The translations under genes and the position numbers were made by a program. Below are positions 39,472 to 48,188 of a stretch of DNA of 64,000 bases, piece by piece (the stretch's first letter is position 1; every line of letters begins with the position of its first letter). Under the pieces are notes generated by a model that worked only from the letters and a program-made list of their open reading frames with translations, did no database searches and was not told where the DNA came from. The stretch comes from Candidatus Sulfomarinibacteraceae bacterium. GTDB lineage: Bacteria; Acidobacteriota; Thermoanaerobaculia; Thermoanaerobaculales; Sulfomarinibacteraceae. The stretch is from contig JBFELO010000006.1 of assembly GCA_041552055.1 (NCBI GenBank), positions 6,613-70,612 on the forward strand. Direction: 5' to 3'.

Positions 39472-41868
39472 TCAGAAGCGGTAGGCGACGCGCGCGAGCA
39501 CGTACCTGGGCGCGGTTGGTGAGTAGCGACGACCGCCGTACAGGTCTTTCTGAGCCTCCACCGCGTACCGCCTGTCGAACAGGTTCTGGATGAGCAGCGC
39601 CACCTCGAACTTGCGAGCCTGGAAACCCAGGGTGAGGTCGGTGACGAAGCTGTACCCCTCGTACATCTCGCTGTTGGCGTTGTCCATCCAGTACTCGCCC
39701 CAGGTGTTGGCCGTGGCCTGCACGAAGGCGCCCGAGCGGTGCACGTACCCGGCGAACACCGAGTAGTAGTGTTCCGGGATGAACGGCAGGGCGTTGCCGC
39801 TCCGGTCGAGGTTGCGGCCGAACGCCGGCTCGGAGAACTCCTTGAACGTGTAGTCGGAGTAGGTGTAGCTGCCGCCCAACGAGACCCCGAGCCACGGCAT
39901 CCAGGTGACGGCCAGCTCGAGGCCCTTCTTTTCGGTCTCACCCGCGTTGACGTAGGCGGTTTCGCCGTAGGGCTGGATCACCTGGACCACCTCGTCCTGC
40001 ACCGGGCTGTAGTACACCGCGGTGTCCAGGGTGAGGTACTGCCGGCGGGCCTTGAAGCCGACCTCGTAGTTCATGACCTTGGTGAGGTCCAGGTCGGGGT
40101 TGAGGATCAGCTCGTCCGAGGTCGGCGTCTGGGTGCCGGTCGAGATGTTGCCGTAGAAGTGGAATGCGTCGCTCAGGTTGCATACCGCACCGATTCGAGG
40201 GCTGAACGCCGTGTAGGTCTTGACGGTGTCGATCGGGCCCTCGCCGTCGACGTAGCTCCCGCTGCTCCAGTCGTAGTCGATCCACTCGTGGCCTGAGACG
40301 TCGAATTTGATGCGGTCGAATCGGACACCCACGTCCACCAACCAGCGATCTCCGAGCTGGAGCGACTCCTGGGCGTAGATGCCGTACAGCGAGGTTTCCC
40401 TGCTCAGCGACCGCATCCGGTCGCCGACCTCGTCCGACAGGGTCGAGAGGATGCGGCCGCTCGGTGTCGTCACGACGTCGGCGTAGGTGTACGCCTCTGA
40501 GTCCTGGTTGTCGGCACGCGCGGTGACCCCGCCGGTGAGAACGCCGAACCCGTGATCGTAGTCGGCCTGCAGGTCGAGACCGCCGACCCAGGTGTCGGCC
40601 TCGTTGATCCGCGCCGTGATCGGGTGGAAGTGACTCCACGAGTTGAGGTACAGCAGCGGCATGAACTGGACCTTGCCAAAGCTCTTGACCAGCTTCGAGC
40701 CGAAGAACAGGATCTCCGAGTTCCTGGAGTTGTGCTTCCACGGCTCGCCGGTGCGTTCGACATCGCCGCTCTCCAAGTAGGGGGTCCACTGGTCGACGCC
40801 GGAGTCATTGCTGACGATGAGCCGCCCCGGAAGCTGGAGATCGGCGTCGGTGTAGCTGATGAAGTTCTCCCACACCCATCCGTTCCCCAGAATCCACGAG
40901 GGCTGCAGGGTGAACTGGGTGGTGTCGAACTCGTTCCACTCGCGCCAGTCGTTGGTCGACTGACGACGGCTGAAGTTGAGATTGAAGAAGTGCGTGTCCG
41001 CGATGTCGCCGGTGTAGCCGACCTGCAGGTTCCGGGCGCCGTAGTTGCCCACGTCCAATCGCGCATTCGCACCCTGGCCGTCGAACGGGCTCTTGGTGAC
41101 GACGTTGATGGCGCCGCCGGTCGAGTTGATCCCCCACAGGGTCGAGTTCGGCCCGCGCACGACCTCGATCCTGTCCACCAGATGGGTGTCCACGAGGTCG
41201 AGCCTGGTCAGGCTGTCGGGGTCCGTGATCGGGATCCCGTTGAGCAGTAGCATGACCTCGCGGATGGCGTAGCGCGCCTTGAGCCCCGCACCCCGGATGA
41301 TCAGGCGTGCGTCGTACCCCTGATTCTTGGACTCGATCAGCGTGCCCGGGGTGCCGGCGATCGCCTCCTTGATGTTGGTCATGGGGGTCTTGGATATGGT
41401 GTCCGGGCCGATGACGCTCACGGCCGCCGGGACCTGCTCGGTGGGCCGTGCGGTCCTGGTCGCCGTGACGGTGATCGACTCTTTGAAGCGGGCGGTCAGC
41501 GCGACGTCGTGCTCCACCTCGCGGCCGTCTTCGAGCTCGATGGTGGCGGCGTAGGATTCGTACTCGGGGTTGTCCACCTTGATTGTGTAGTTCCCCGGCT
41601 CCAGCCCGGTGAACGCGTACCTGCCGTGGTCCTGAGTCGTGGCGCGGCTCGCGAGCTCGAGCTCCGCGCGCTCGAGGTGCAGGGTGACCCCCGGAACCCC
41701 GTCAAGCTGGTCGTACGAAGCGGTCACCACCCGGCCGGTTATCGCGCCGATGGCGCCGTCTTCGGCCCTCGGGTCCGCACCGGGTGCACAGACGAATATG
41801 CACAGCAAACCGCAGATCAGGTGGACGGCTCGACGTTCACCCGAATCGCGAGATCGTGAGCAGGTCAT
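39472..41868 (-). CDS. TonB-dependent receptor (CarboxypepD_reg N-domain, plug, barrel)
   Basis: Plug text IIRGAGLKARYAIREVMLLLNGIPITDPD and VVRGPNSTLWG, with a C-terminal VAYRF. ATG 41868 follows GGGAGGAAG. Confidence 0.9.
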   Translation of the reverse strand: MTCSRSRDSGERRAVHLICGLLCIFVCAPGADPRAEDGAIGAITGRVVTASYDQLDGVPGVTLHLERAELELASRATTQDHGRYAFTGLEPGNYTIKVDNPEYESYAATIELEDGREVEHDVALTARFKESITVTATRTARPTEQVPAAVSVIGPDTISKTPMTNIKEAIAGTPGTLIESKNQGYDARLIIRGAGLKARYAIREVMLLLNGIPITDPDSLTRLDLVDTHLVDRIEVVRGPNSTLWGINSTGGAINVVTKSPFDGQGANARLDVGNYGARNLQVGYTGDIADTHFFNLNFSRRQSTNDWREWNEFDTTQFTLQPSWILGNGWVWENFISYTDADLQLPGRLIVSNDSGVDQWTPYLESGDVERTGEPWKHNSRNSEILFFGSKLVKSFGKVQFMPLLYLNSWSHFHPITARINEADTWVGGLDLQADYDHGFGVLTGGVTARADNQDSEAYTYADVVTTPSGRILSTLSDEVGDRMRSLSRETSLYGIYAQESLQLGDRWLVDVGVRFDRIKFDVSGHEWIDYDWSSGSYVDGEGPIDTVKTYTAFSPRIGAVCNLSDAFHFYGNISTGTQTPTSDELILNPDLDLTKVMNYEVGFKARRQYLTLDTAVYYSPVQDEVVQVIQPYGETAYVNAGETEKKGLELAVTWMPWLGVSLGGSYTYSDYTFKEFSEPAFGRNLDRSGNALPFIPEHYYSVFAGYVHRSGAFVQATANTWGEYWMDNANSEMYEGYSFVTDLTLGFQARKFEVALLIQNLFDRRYAVEAQKDLYGGRRYSPTAPRYVLARVAYRF

Positions 41869-42032
41869 ATCGCTTCCTCCCTTGCTCGGAACGCCTGATG
41901 ACAGTCCCTGGGGGGTCGCTTCGCCCGCGGAGCGATGCGCGCCGTTGCGGACGCGCAGCGCCGGTCAGACCTCGGATCGCGTGCGACCGCGGCCCGGGTT
42001 GTGGCGGGTTTGCGCTCCCAGAATTCTTGTGA

Positions 42033-42464
42033 TCAGGCGGTCGGGGGAGCGCGCGGGGAGGATGGCGAGAGGGCCGCGGTCGACGATGGGATCACGTCGA
42101 GGCGCGTGGCTGTCAGCCGGTGCCCGCACGGCGCGGCAACGGCGAGCCCCCGATCGGTCGTCAGCAAGACCCATGACTGGCCCGGCGGCCGCTGGAGGGT
42201 CCCCGCTGCGGCGCCGCAGCGCTCGTGGGAGTGCCACGCCGGTGCGCCGGCACCTCTGCGAATGATCGGCGGCCGGGGATCGTCGGGCCGGGCCGGGCCG
42301 TGGTTGCAGCAGTCGGCCGTGCAGTGGCACTCGCCGGGACAGCAGCAGTAGTAGGTGGACGCCGGAGTGCCGCCGGCGGCGCTCGGAGCGACGCCCGCAC
42401 CGGCGACTTGGCCCATCGCCACCACCAGCGCCAGTGTCACTCGGAGAAGGCGTCTGTCCTTCAC
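42033..42464 (-). CDS. Secreted Cys/His-rich small protein (YYCCCPGECHCTADCCNHG). First gene after the sigma54 promoter.
   Basis: GTG 42464 gives the signal-like KDRRLLRVTLALVVAMGQVAGAG. Eight Cys and two His fall within 19 residues. The SD is weak, and the coding status of the Pro/Arg-rich C-terminal part is uncertain. Confidence 0.45.
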   Translation of the reverse strand: MKDRRLLRVTLALVVAMGQVAGAGVAPSAAGGTPASTYYCCCPGECHCTADCCNHGPARPDDPRPPIIRRGAGAPAWHSHERCGAAAGTLQRPPGQSWVLLTTDRGLAVAAPCGHRLTATRLDVIPSSTAALSPSSPRAPPTA

Positions 42465-42576
42465 GCTTCTGTTCCGTTCTTCGACACGGCCACCTCTGTT
42501 GTCCTCCGAACCGGCGCCCCAGGCGCGACCCCGGGGCGGGGATCCGGGTCGGAAGGAGTTGAGCGTCAGAAGAGTT

Positions 42577-42593
42577 CGCAAGATCCGTGCCGA
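42577..42593 (-). promoter_or_regulatory. Sigma54 (-24/-12) promoter cGGCACGgatcTTGCg
   Basis: The reverse complement of 42578-42592 matches TGGCACG-N4-TTGC at all positions except the first T. It lies about 110 nt upstream of GTG 42464, with an A8 tract about 27 bp further upstream. Confidence 0.6.
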
Positions 42594-42823
42594 TTTCAGG
42601 GAATCAAGTTTATGTCATTTTTTTTCAATATATTGGAGTGTTTCTGGGGGACTCGACGCGACCTCGCAAGGCCGGTGTGCGACACTCGGTCTGAGACACT
42701 CGGATGGAGGCGTGGGTTGTCACTCTCAGCCAGTACAAGTGGGTTGAAATGTTGTGAATATTGAATTTACTGAGTCCTACAGCTGCCGCGATCGGCAGCC
42801 GAAGCTGTCTCACGACAGCGTTC

Positions 42824-42850
42824 GAGACACCGAGACACTGAGACACTCGG
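42824..42850. repeat. Octamer array GAGACACN x3, which is GTGTCTC x3 when read toward the minus-strand promoter
   Basis: Read directly from the sequence. The mirror copy is at 51498-51524. Confidence 0.85.
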
Positions 42851-42974
42851 GAAGGGCGTGAGGGCTTGGCCGGTGCCTGCGGCACCTGGGCTTGGGGGCC
42901 TGGGGGAGGAACGTCAGGAGAGGGGCGTCTCGGGTGTCGGATGGTGGACGCGAACTGTAGGCCGATGACAGCGC

Positions 42975-43135
42975 CTACTGCGGGCGTGCCGTCTTTGACA
43001 ATGTTGGGAGCACGACCACCCAGTCGGGGTGGAACGTTGGGTCCCAACATTGTCTAAGGGGGCAACCGCGGGGAGCGCGCCGGGGAGAGGGGACGTAGAA
43101 GCGTCTCCAACCTGTCGGACCGAGAGGCTCCGGCC
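42975..43135. repeat. Composite intergenic repeat, hairpin copy (arms 42997-43009 / 43042-43054)
   Basis: gacaatgttggga ... tcccaacattgtc, with flanks ctgcgggcgtgccg and ggggcaaccgcggggagcgcgccggggagagggg. Confidence 0.85.
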
Positions 43136-43248
43136 CACCCGCCCTCATGCCCCCACGCCCTCAAGCAAGCCCCCATGCCCTCAGGCCCTCAAGCCTTTCC
43201 CGGGCGGGTGGGGAATCCGGCTTCGACTTCGGCTACGCCGTGACGAGT

Positions 43249-43269
43249 CCAGCATCCAGGATCCAGGAT
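43249..43269. repeat. Heptamer array CCAGCAT CCAGGAT CCAGGAT
   Basis: Read directly from the sequence. Confidence 0.8.
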
Positions 43270-43319
43270 CGGACGGGTGGGTGGCAGTTCCCGCCTTGAC
43301 AACCGAAAGCGCGCTCACC

Positions 43320-43802
43320 ATGATTCGGTCCATGTCGTGTACACCGATCCGGTTGTTGTTCGGCGCTTTCGTGCTGACCGCGGTGCTGGTCGGCCCCGCG
43401 ACCGCGGCGGACCCGCGGCCGCCCGGACCGAAGGACCGCTGCCCGGTGTGCGGCATGTTCGTCGAGAAGTACCGCAACTGGACCGCGACAGTCATGTTCG
43501 AGGACGGATCTCAGGTCTTCTTCGACGGGCCCAAGGACCTGTTCAAGTTCCTGCTCGACCCGACCAGGTACGGCCGCGAGAAGTCGCCGATCGCAGACGT
43601 GTTCGTGACGGACTACTACACCACCAAGCTCCTGGACGCCAGGGAGACGCTGTTCGTGGTGGGCAGCGACGTCATGGGCCCGATGGGACCCGAGCTGGTG
43701 CCAATCACGACCCCGGAGCATGCGGAGGCGTTCCGCGCCGACCACGGGGGAGAGCAGGTCCTCACCTTCGACCAGGTCACGGCGGACGCGATCCCGAAGT
43801 GA
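43320..43802 (+). CDS. nosL: NosL-family copper chaperone (exported)
   Basis: DRCPVCGMFVEKYRNWTATVMFEDGSQVFFDGPKDLFKF, with a signal peptide. Confidence 0.85.
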   Translation: MIRSMSCTPIRLLFGAFVLTAVLVGPATAADPRPPGPKDRCPVCGMFVEKYRNWTATVMFEDGSQVFFDGPKDLFKFLLDPTRYGREKSPIADVFVTDYYTTKLLDARETLFVVGSDVMGPMGPELVPITTPEHAEAFRADHGGEQVLTFDQVTADAIPK

Positions 43803-43804
43803 CC

Positions 43805-44116
43805 ATGCTCAAGCACAGGGTCTTCGCCGCGGTCACGCTGCTCGAGGTCGCCCTCCTGGTGGTACTGGTGCTCCACTGCAACGCGCGCCGTCAGCGAGAG
43901 TCGGCGAGCGTGATCCCCGCCAACCGGCACCTCGCCCGGCAGCTCGAGCTCACGGACCTCGCGATCTGGACGGAGGCGCGCTACACCCGCCACCCCTCGC
44001 AGGCGGACCGGTTCGCACCATTCCAGGACCTGCCGTCCTCGCTCGAGCACTTCCCCGCGGGATCGGTCGTCCCGCCCCCCGAGCGCGCCCCCGAGCCGGG
44101 GCGGGGATCGCGGTAG
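43805..44116 (+). CDS. Small single-pass membrane protein, unknown function
   Basis: The ATG lies 3 nt after the nosL stop. TM helix VFAAVTLLEVALLVVLVL. Confidence 0.45.
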   Translation: MLKHRVFAAVTLLEVALLVVLVLHCNARRQRESASVIPANRHLARQLELTDLAIWTEARYTRHPSQADRFAPFQDLPSSLEHFPAGSVVPPPERAPEPGRGSR

Positions 44117-44127
44117 GCTGGGGCGCC

Positions 44128-45285
44128 ATGCAACGGTTCAAGATCCTCGAGTACGCGCTGTCGTCGCTCGGACGCCGCAAGGGCAAACACCTTTCGATCA
44201 TAGCCGTCTACGCCTTCACCATCAGCGTGCTGGCGTCGATCCTGCTCCTCAGCCACGCCCTGCGGGAGGAGGCGTCCGCGATTCTGGCCGACGCTCCGCA
44301 CGTCGTGGTCCAGCGGATCTCCGCCGGCCGCCACGACCTGATCTCCACCGACATCATCGATCCGGTGCGGCAGATCCCCGGCGTCGGGGAGGTCCGCCCG
44401 CGCTACTGGGGCTACTACTTCGACGGAATCACCGGCGCCAACTACACCGTGCTCGGCATCGATGACCGGCGCACGGTCGAGCTCGAGTTGCTGGAAGGCG
44501 CGCTGCCCGAGGCACCGGGTGAGTGTGCGGTCGGCGGCGGGGTGTCGGAGCTGCGAGAGGCCGGCATCGGCGACGAGCTGGTGCTGGTCGACAGCCGCGG
44601 TGTCGGGGTGATCTTCGAGGTGGTCGGCGCGTTTCGCTCGGAGTCGAACCTTCTGACCAACGATCTTGTAGTGATGTCGAACGCCGACGTGATCGAGTTC
44701 TTCGACCTGCCGCAGAACCGGGCCACCGACCTCTCGGTCGAGGTTTTCAACCCCAAGGAGGTCCAGACCGTCGCGGCCAAGATCAAGGTGCTCTACCCCG
44801 ATACCAGGCCGATCACCAGGAGCGAGATCATCAGGACCTACGACGCGGTGTTCCACTGGCGCAGCGGCATGGTGCTCATGGTCTTCTTCTCGGCGTTGAT
44901 CGCCTTCTGCATCCTGGCGTGGGACAAGGCCACCGGCATAAGCGCCGAGGAGCGGCGGGAGATCGGGATCCTCAAGGCGATCGGCTGGTCCACCTCGGAC
45001 GTGCTCGAGCTCAAGTTCTGGGAGGGAGCGGCGATCTCGGTGACCTCTTTCCTGCTCGGTCTGATCGCCGCCTTCGTCCACGTGTTCCTGCTCGACGCCC
45101 CGGCACTGGCCGCGGTGGTCAAGGGCTGGTCAGTGCTGTTCCCGCAGTTTCGGCTCACCCCCTCCCTCAACCTGTACCAGATCTTCGTCATGGGCTTCCT
45201 CACGGTGGTGCCGTACGTCGCCAGCACGGTGATCCCGTCCTGGACGGCCGCCATCACCGACCCGGAGGAGGTGATGCGGGCATGA
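44128..45285 (+). CDS. ABC transporter permease, FtsX/MacB-LolC type with a periplasmic domain
   Basis: TM1, then a roughly 220-aa extracytoplasmic domain, then three TM helices. Contains GILKAIGWS. Confidence 0.85.
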   Translation: MQRFKILEYALSSLGRRKGKHLSIIAVYAFTISVLASILLLSHALREEASAILADAPHVVVQRISAGRHDLISTDIIDPVRQIPGVGEVRPRYWGYYFDGITGANYTVLGIDDRRTVELELLEGALPEAPGECAVGGGVSELREAGIGDELVLVDSRGVGVIFEVVGAFRSESNLLTNDLVVMSNADVIEFFDLPQNRATDLSVEVFNPKEVQTVAAKIKVLYPDTRPITRSEIIRTYDAVFHWRSGMVLMVFFSALIAFCILAWDKATGISAEERREIGILKAIGWSTSDVLELKFWEGAAISVTSFLLGLIAAFVHVFLLDAPALAAVVKGWSVLFPQFRLTPSLNLYQIFVMGFLTVVPYVASTVIPSWTAAITDPEEVMRA

Positions 45286-45980
45286 CCGCGACCGCGTCGA
45301 CCCTGATCGCCACCGAGGGCGTCACCAAGGTGTACAACTCACGCCGGCCGGACGAGACGGTCGCGGTCGCCGGCGTGTCGATGGAGGTCGGTCAGGGAGA
45401 GGTCGTCGTGCTGAAGGGGCCGAGCGGCTCGGGCAAGACCTCGCTGCTCAGCCTGGTCGGCTGCATGGCCCGGCCGACCTCCGGGCGGATCGTGGTCGAC
45501 GGGCGCGACGTCGCCAAGCTCGCCGAGAGCGTGCTCACCGAGGTGCGCCGGCAGACGTTTGGATTCATCTTCCAGCAGTTCAACCTGATCCCCGGACTGA
45601 GCGTGATCGAGAACGTGTCCCTGCCGCTGGTCCCGGTGACGATCGGGCTTGCGGACATGAGGCACCGTGCCGAGGGCGTGCTCCGGCGACTGGAACTCGG
45701 CGCAAAGGCGCGGCGCAAGGTCCGCCAGCTGTCCGGGGGCGAGCAGCAGCGGGTGGCGATCGCGCGGGCCCTCATCAACGAGCCCGAGGTGGTGGTCGCC
45801 GACGAGCCCACGGCCCACCTCGACCGCGCCCTGTCCGAGGAGCTGCTCGTGATCCTCGCGGAGCTCAACCGGGAGGGGCGAACCGTGATCGTGGCGACCC
45901 ACGACCCACTGGTCTACGAGCACCCGTTCGTGACCCGCGTGCTGGCGATGCGCGACGGCCGGATCGAGACGGCGAGCTGA
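45282..45980 (+). CDS. ABC transporter ATP-binding protein
   Basis: Walker A GPSGSGKTS, signature LSGGEQQRVAIARAL and Walker B VVVADEPT. ATGA overlap with the permease. Confidence 0.9.
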   Translation: MTATASTLIATEGVTKVYNSRRPDETVAVAGVSMEVGQGEVVVLKGPSGSGKTSLLSLVGCMARPTSGRIVVDGRDVAKLAESVLTEVRRQTFGFIFQQFNLIPGLSVIENVSLPLVPVTIGLADMRHRAEGVLRRLELGAKARRKVRQLSGGEQQRVAIARALINEPEVVVADEPTAHLDRALSEELLVILAELNREGRTVIVATHDPLVYEHPFVTRVLAMRDGRIETAS

Positions 45981-45982
45981 CG

Positions 45983-46990
45983 GTGATCCTGCATCCGGGC
46001 ACCCTGTCGCTCATCCTCGGCAGTGCCATCGTGCTGGTCATGGTGACGTACGGCGGTTGGATCGGGCTGCAGATCCTGTTCCGGTGGGACTTCAGCAGCA
46101 GTTCCGAGGGTCAGCTCGACCTCGAGCGCAAGACCTCGCTGGTGTCGACGCTCGCCGCCTACGCGCTCGGCTTCCAGGCGGTGTCGACCCTGCTCTACCT
46201 GTACACCGTGGACGACATCCACAGCCTCTTCGTGGGCGCCATGTGCGCCACCGGCTCGCTCAACGCCGCGCCTGGTGGCTGGGCGGTGCTGGCCGTCAAG
46301 AGCGCGGCGCTCTTTCTGTCGCTGATCTGGATCGCGTTCAACCACTTCGACCAGAGGGCGGGGGACTACCCGATCGTGCGCTTCAAGTACGCGGCGCTGC
46401 TGGTTCTCGCCCCACTCGTCGCGGCGGACCTGGCGTTACTTGTCCGCTACTTCACCGGGCTCGAACCCGAGGTCATCACCTCGTGCTGCGGCGCCCTGTT
46501 CAGCGAGGGGGGAACCGGAGTGGCGAGCGAGGTCGCGAGCCTGCCCGTGGTGCCAATGCTGTGGCTGTTCTACGCCACGGTCGCCGCGTTCCTGGCGGCC
46601 GCGCTCGTATGCGTGGTGGGCCGGGCGCGGGGCTCGAGGTACGCGCTCGCGGGAATCTCGATGGCACTTCTCGCGGTGGTGCTGGCGTCAATCGTGTCGT
46701 TCCTGTCGCTGTACGTCTACGAGCTGCCGACCCACCACTGTCCGTTCGACATGCTCCAGCGGCAATACGGCTTTATCGGCTATCCGATCTACCTGACGCT
46801 GCTCGCGGCGGTGTACTTCGGCCTCCTGCCGGGGCTGTTCCAGCCGTTGCGGAGGATCCCGAGCCTGTCAGGGTTGATCGCGGCCGCCGAGCCGAGGTGG
46901 CTGACCTGGGCGCTGGTGTCGGTGCTCGCGTTCGTCGCCATCGCCTCGTGGCCGGTGCTGTTCGGGTCGCTTACGATGATCGGTTACTGA
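45983..46990 (+). CDS. Polytopic membrane protein of unknown function (conserved-looking SCCG and HHCPFD motifs)
   Basis: About eight hydrophobic helices. The GTG lies 3 nt after the ATPase stop. Confidence 0.55.
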   Translation: MILHPGTLSLILGSAIVLVMVTYGGWIGLQILFRWDFSSSSEGQLDLERKTSLVSTLAAYALGFQAVSTLLYLYTVDDIHSLFVGAMCATGSLNAAPGGWAVLAVKSAALFLSLIWIAFNHFDQRAGDYPIVRFKYAALLVLAPLVAADLALLVRYFTGLEPEVITSCCGALFSEGGTGVASEVASLPVVPMLWLFYATVAAFLAAALVCVVGRARGSRYALAGISMALLAVVLASIVSFLSLYVYELPTHHCPFDMLQRQYGFIGYPIYLTLLAAVYFGLLPGLFQPLRRIPSLSGLIAAAEPRWLTWALVSVLAFVAIASWPVLFGSLTMIGY

Positions 46991-47162
46991 GCGAGGATCG
47001 GTCGTTTCGTATTCGGCCGTGGACTCCTGGGGAGCAATGATCGTGCGGCGAGCCGCACTGAGGGGGTGAGGGGATGACCGCCCGCTGCGTGGGCTGGGGA
47101 TGAGGGGATGAGGGCCCCCCAAGGGTCAGTTGGCCGATGCGCAGGGGAAGCCAACGACAGCG

Positions 47163-47330
47163 CCTTCTGCGGGGTGCCGTCTTTCACAATGTTGGGACCG
47201 CCGCCGCCCGGGGGGGGCGGTTCATCTGGGTCCCAACAGTGTGACAGGGGGCACCCGCGGGCAGCGCGCCGGGGAGAGGGGGCGTGGAAGCGTCTCCAGC
47301 CTATCCGACCGAGAGGCCCCGGCCCACCCG
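47163..47330. repeat. Composite intergenic repeat, hairpin copy (arms 47184-47196 / 47230-47242)
   Basis: cacaatgttggga ... tcccaacagtgtg. The flanks are nearly identical to the 42975-43135 copy. Confidence 0.85.
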
Positions 47331-47573
47331 CCGTCATGCCCGCACGCTCCGGTTGGGTGAGCGGTCCAGCGACCAGCGAAGGGCGGTCGGCGTCCGAGCC
47401 CCGAGTCCCGAGTCCCTTCTCCCGAACGAGCCGACAGCCCCCGAGCGCGAAGACAACGATCACAGGAGCTGCGGGGCCCGCCTGCGAACGACACAGGGTA
47501 AGATGTCATCGAACGTCGTGTCCGGCGCCGAGGGCGTGCTCGAAGGCCGGACAACGGAGGAGGCTGGTCGTAC

Positions 47574-48188
47574 ATGAGCAGATTCAGGCAGGTGGTGACA
47601 GTTTTATCTCTAAGTGCGGCGCTCACGACGATATTCGCCCCGTCTCCTGCGGCGGCCGACGACAAGCAGCGTTTCACCCGCGACGAGGTCACGGTCGTGC
47701 CGCCGGCCGTCACCCTGATCGACCAGAACGGCGACACGGTTGACTTCGAGGCGGCGCTGTCTTCGGACAGACCGGTGTTCGTGGACTTCATCTTCGCCAC
47801 CTGCACCACCATCTGCCCGGTGCTCTCCGCCGGCTACTCGAGCATCCAACGCAAGCTCGGCGAAGACCGGGAGCGGGTCCACCTGATCTCGATCACCATT
47901 GATCCCGAGCACGACGGTCCCGAGGAGCTGACCGGCTACCTCGAGCGGTACCGCGCGCAGTCCGGCTGGGATTTCCTGACCGGGACCCGCCAGGACATCG
48001 ATGCTGTGATGCGCGCTTTCGACGCCTTCGTGCCCGACAAGATGTCCCACAAACCGCTGATCTTCATCCGCTCGCCACAGGACGACAGCTGGGTGCGGCT
48101 GTACGGCTTCGCCCGCAGCTCCGACCTGATGGCCGAGCTGGAGCGGGCTGCAGGAGAAGCCGAGGCGGGAGAGGAGGTGGCGCGATGA
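47574..48188 (+). CDS. SCO1/SenC-family copper chaperone / thiol-disulfide protein
   Basis: Signal peptide. FIFATCTTICP (CxxxCP), LISITIDPEHD and a downstream His (MSHKP). Confidence 0.85.
   Translation: MSRFRQVVTVLSLSAALTTIFAPSPAAADDKQRFTRDEVTVVPPAVTLIDQNGDTVDFEAALSSDRPVFVDFIFATCTTICPVLSAGYSSIQRKLGEDRERVHLISITIDPEHDGPEELTGYLERYRAQSGWDFLTGTRQDIDAVMRAFDAFVPDKMSHKPLIFIRSPQDDSWVRLYGFARSSDLMAELERAAGEAEAGEEVAR

Noticed and set aside
43281-43300. TGGCAG upstream of nosL as a third sigma54 promoter
   Set aside because: No TTGC or GC element lies at the correct spacing (TGGCAGttcccGCCT).
42582-43319. Mobile element or genomic-island border between the divergent copper operons
   Set aside because: There is no transposase, integrase or tRNA, and no long terminal inverted repeats. 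The region consists of the same composite repeats found throughout the window.
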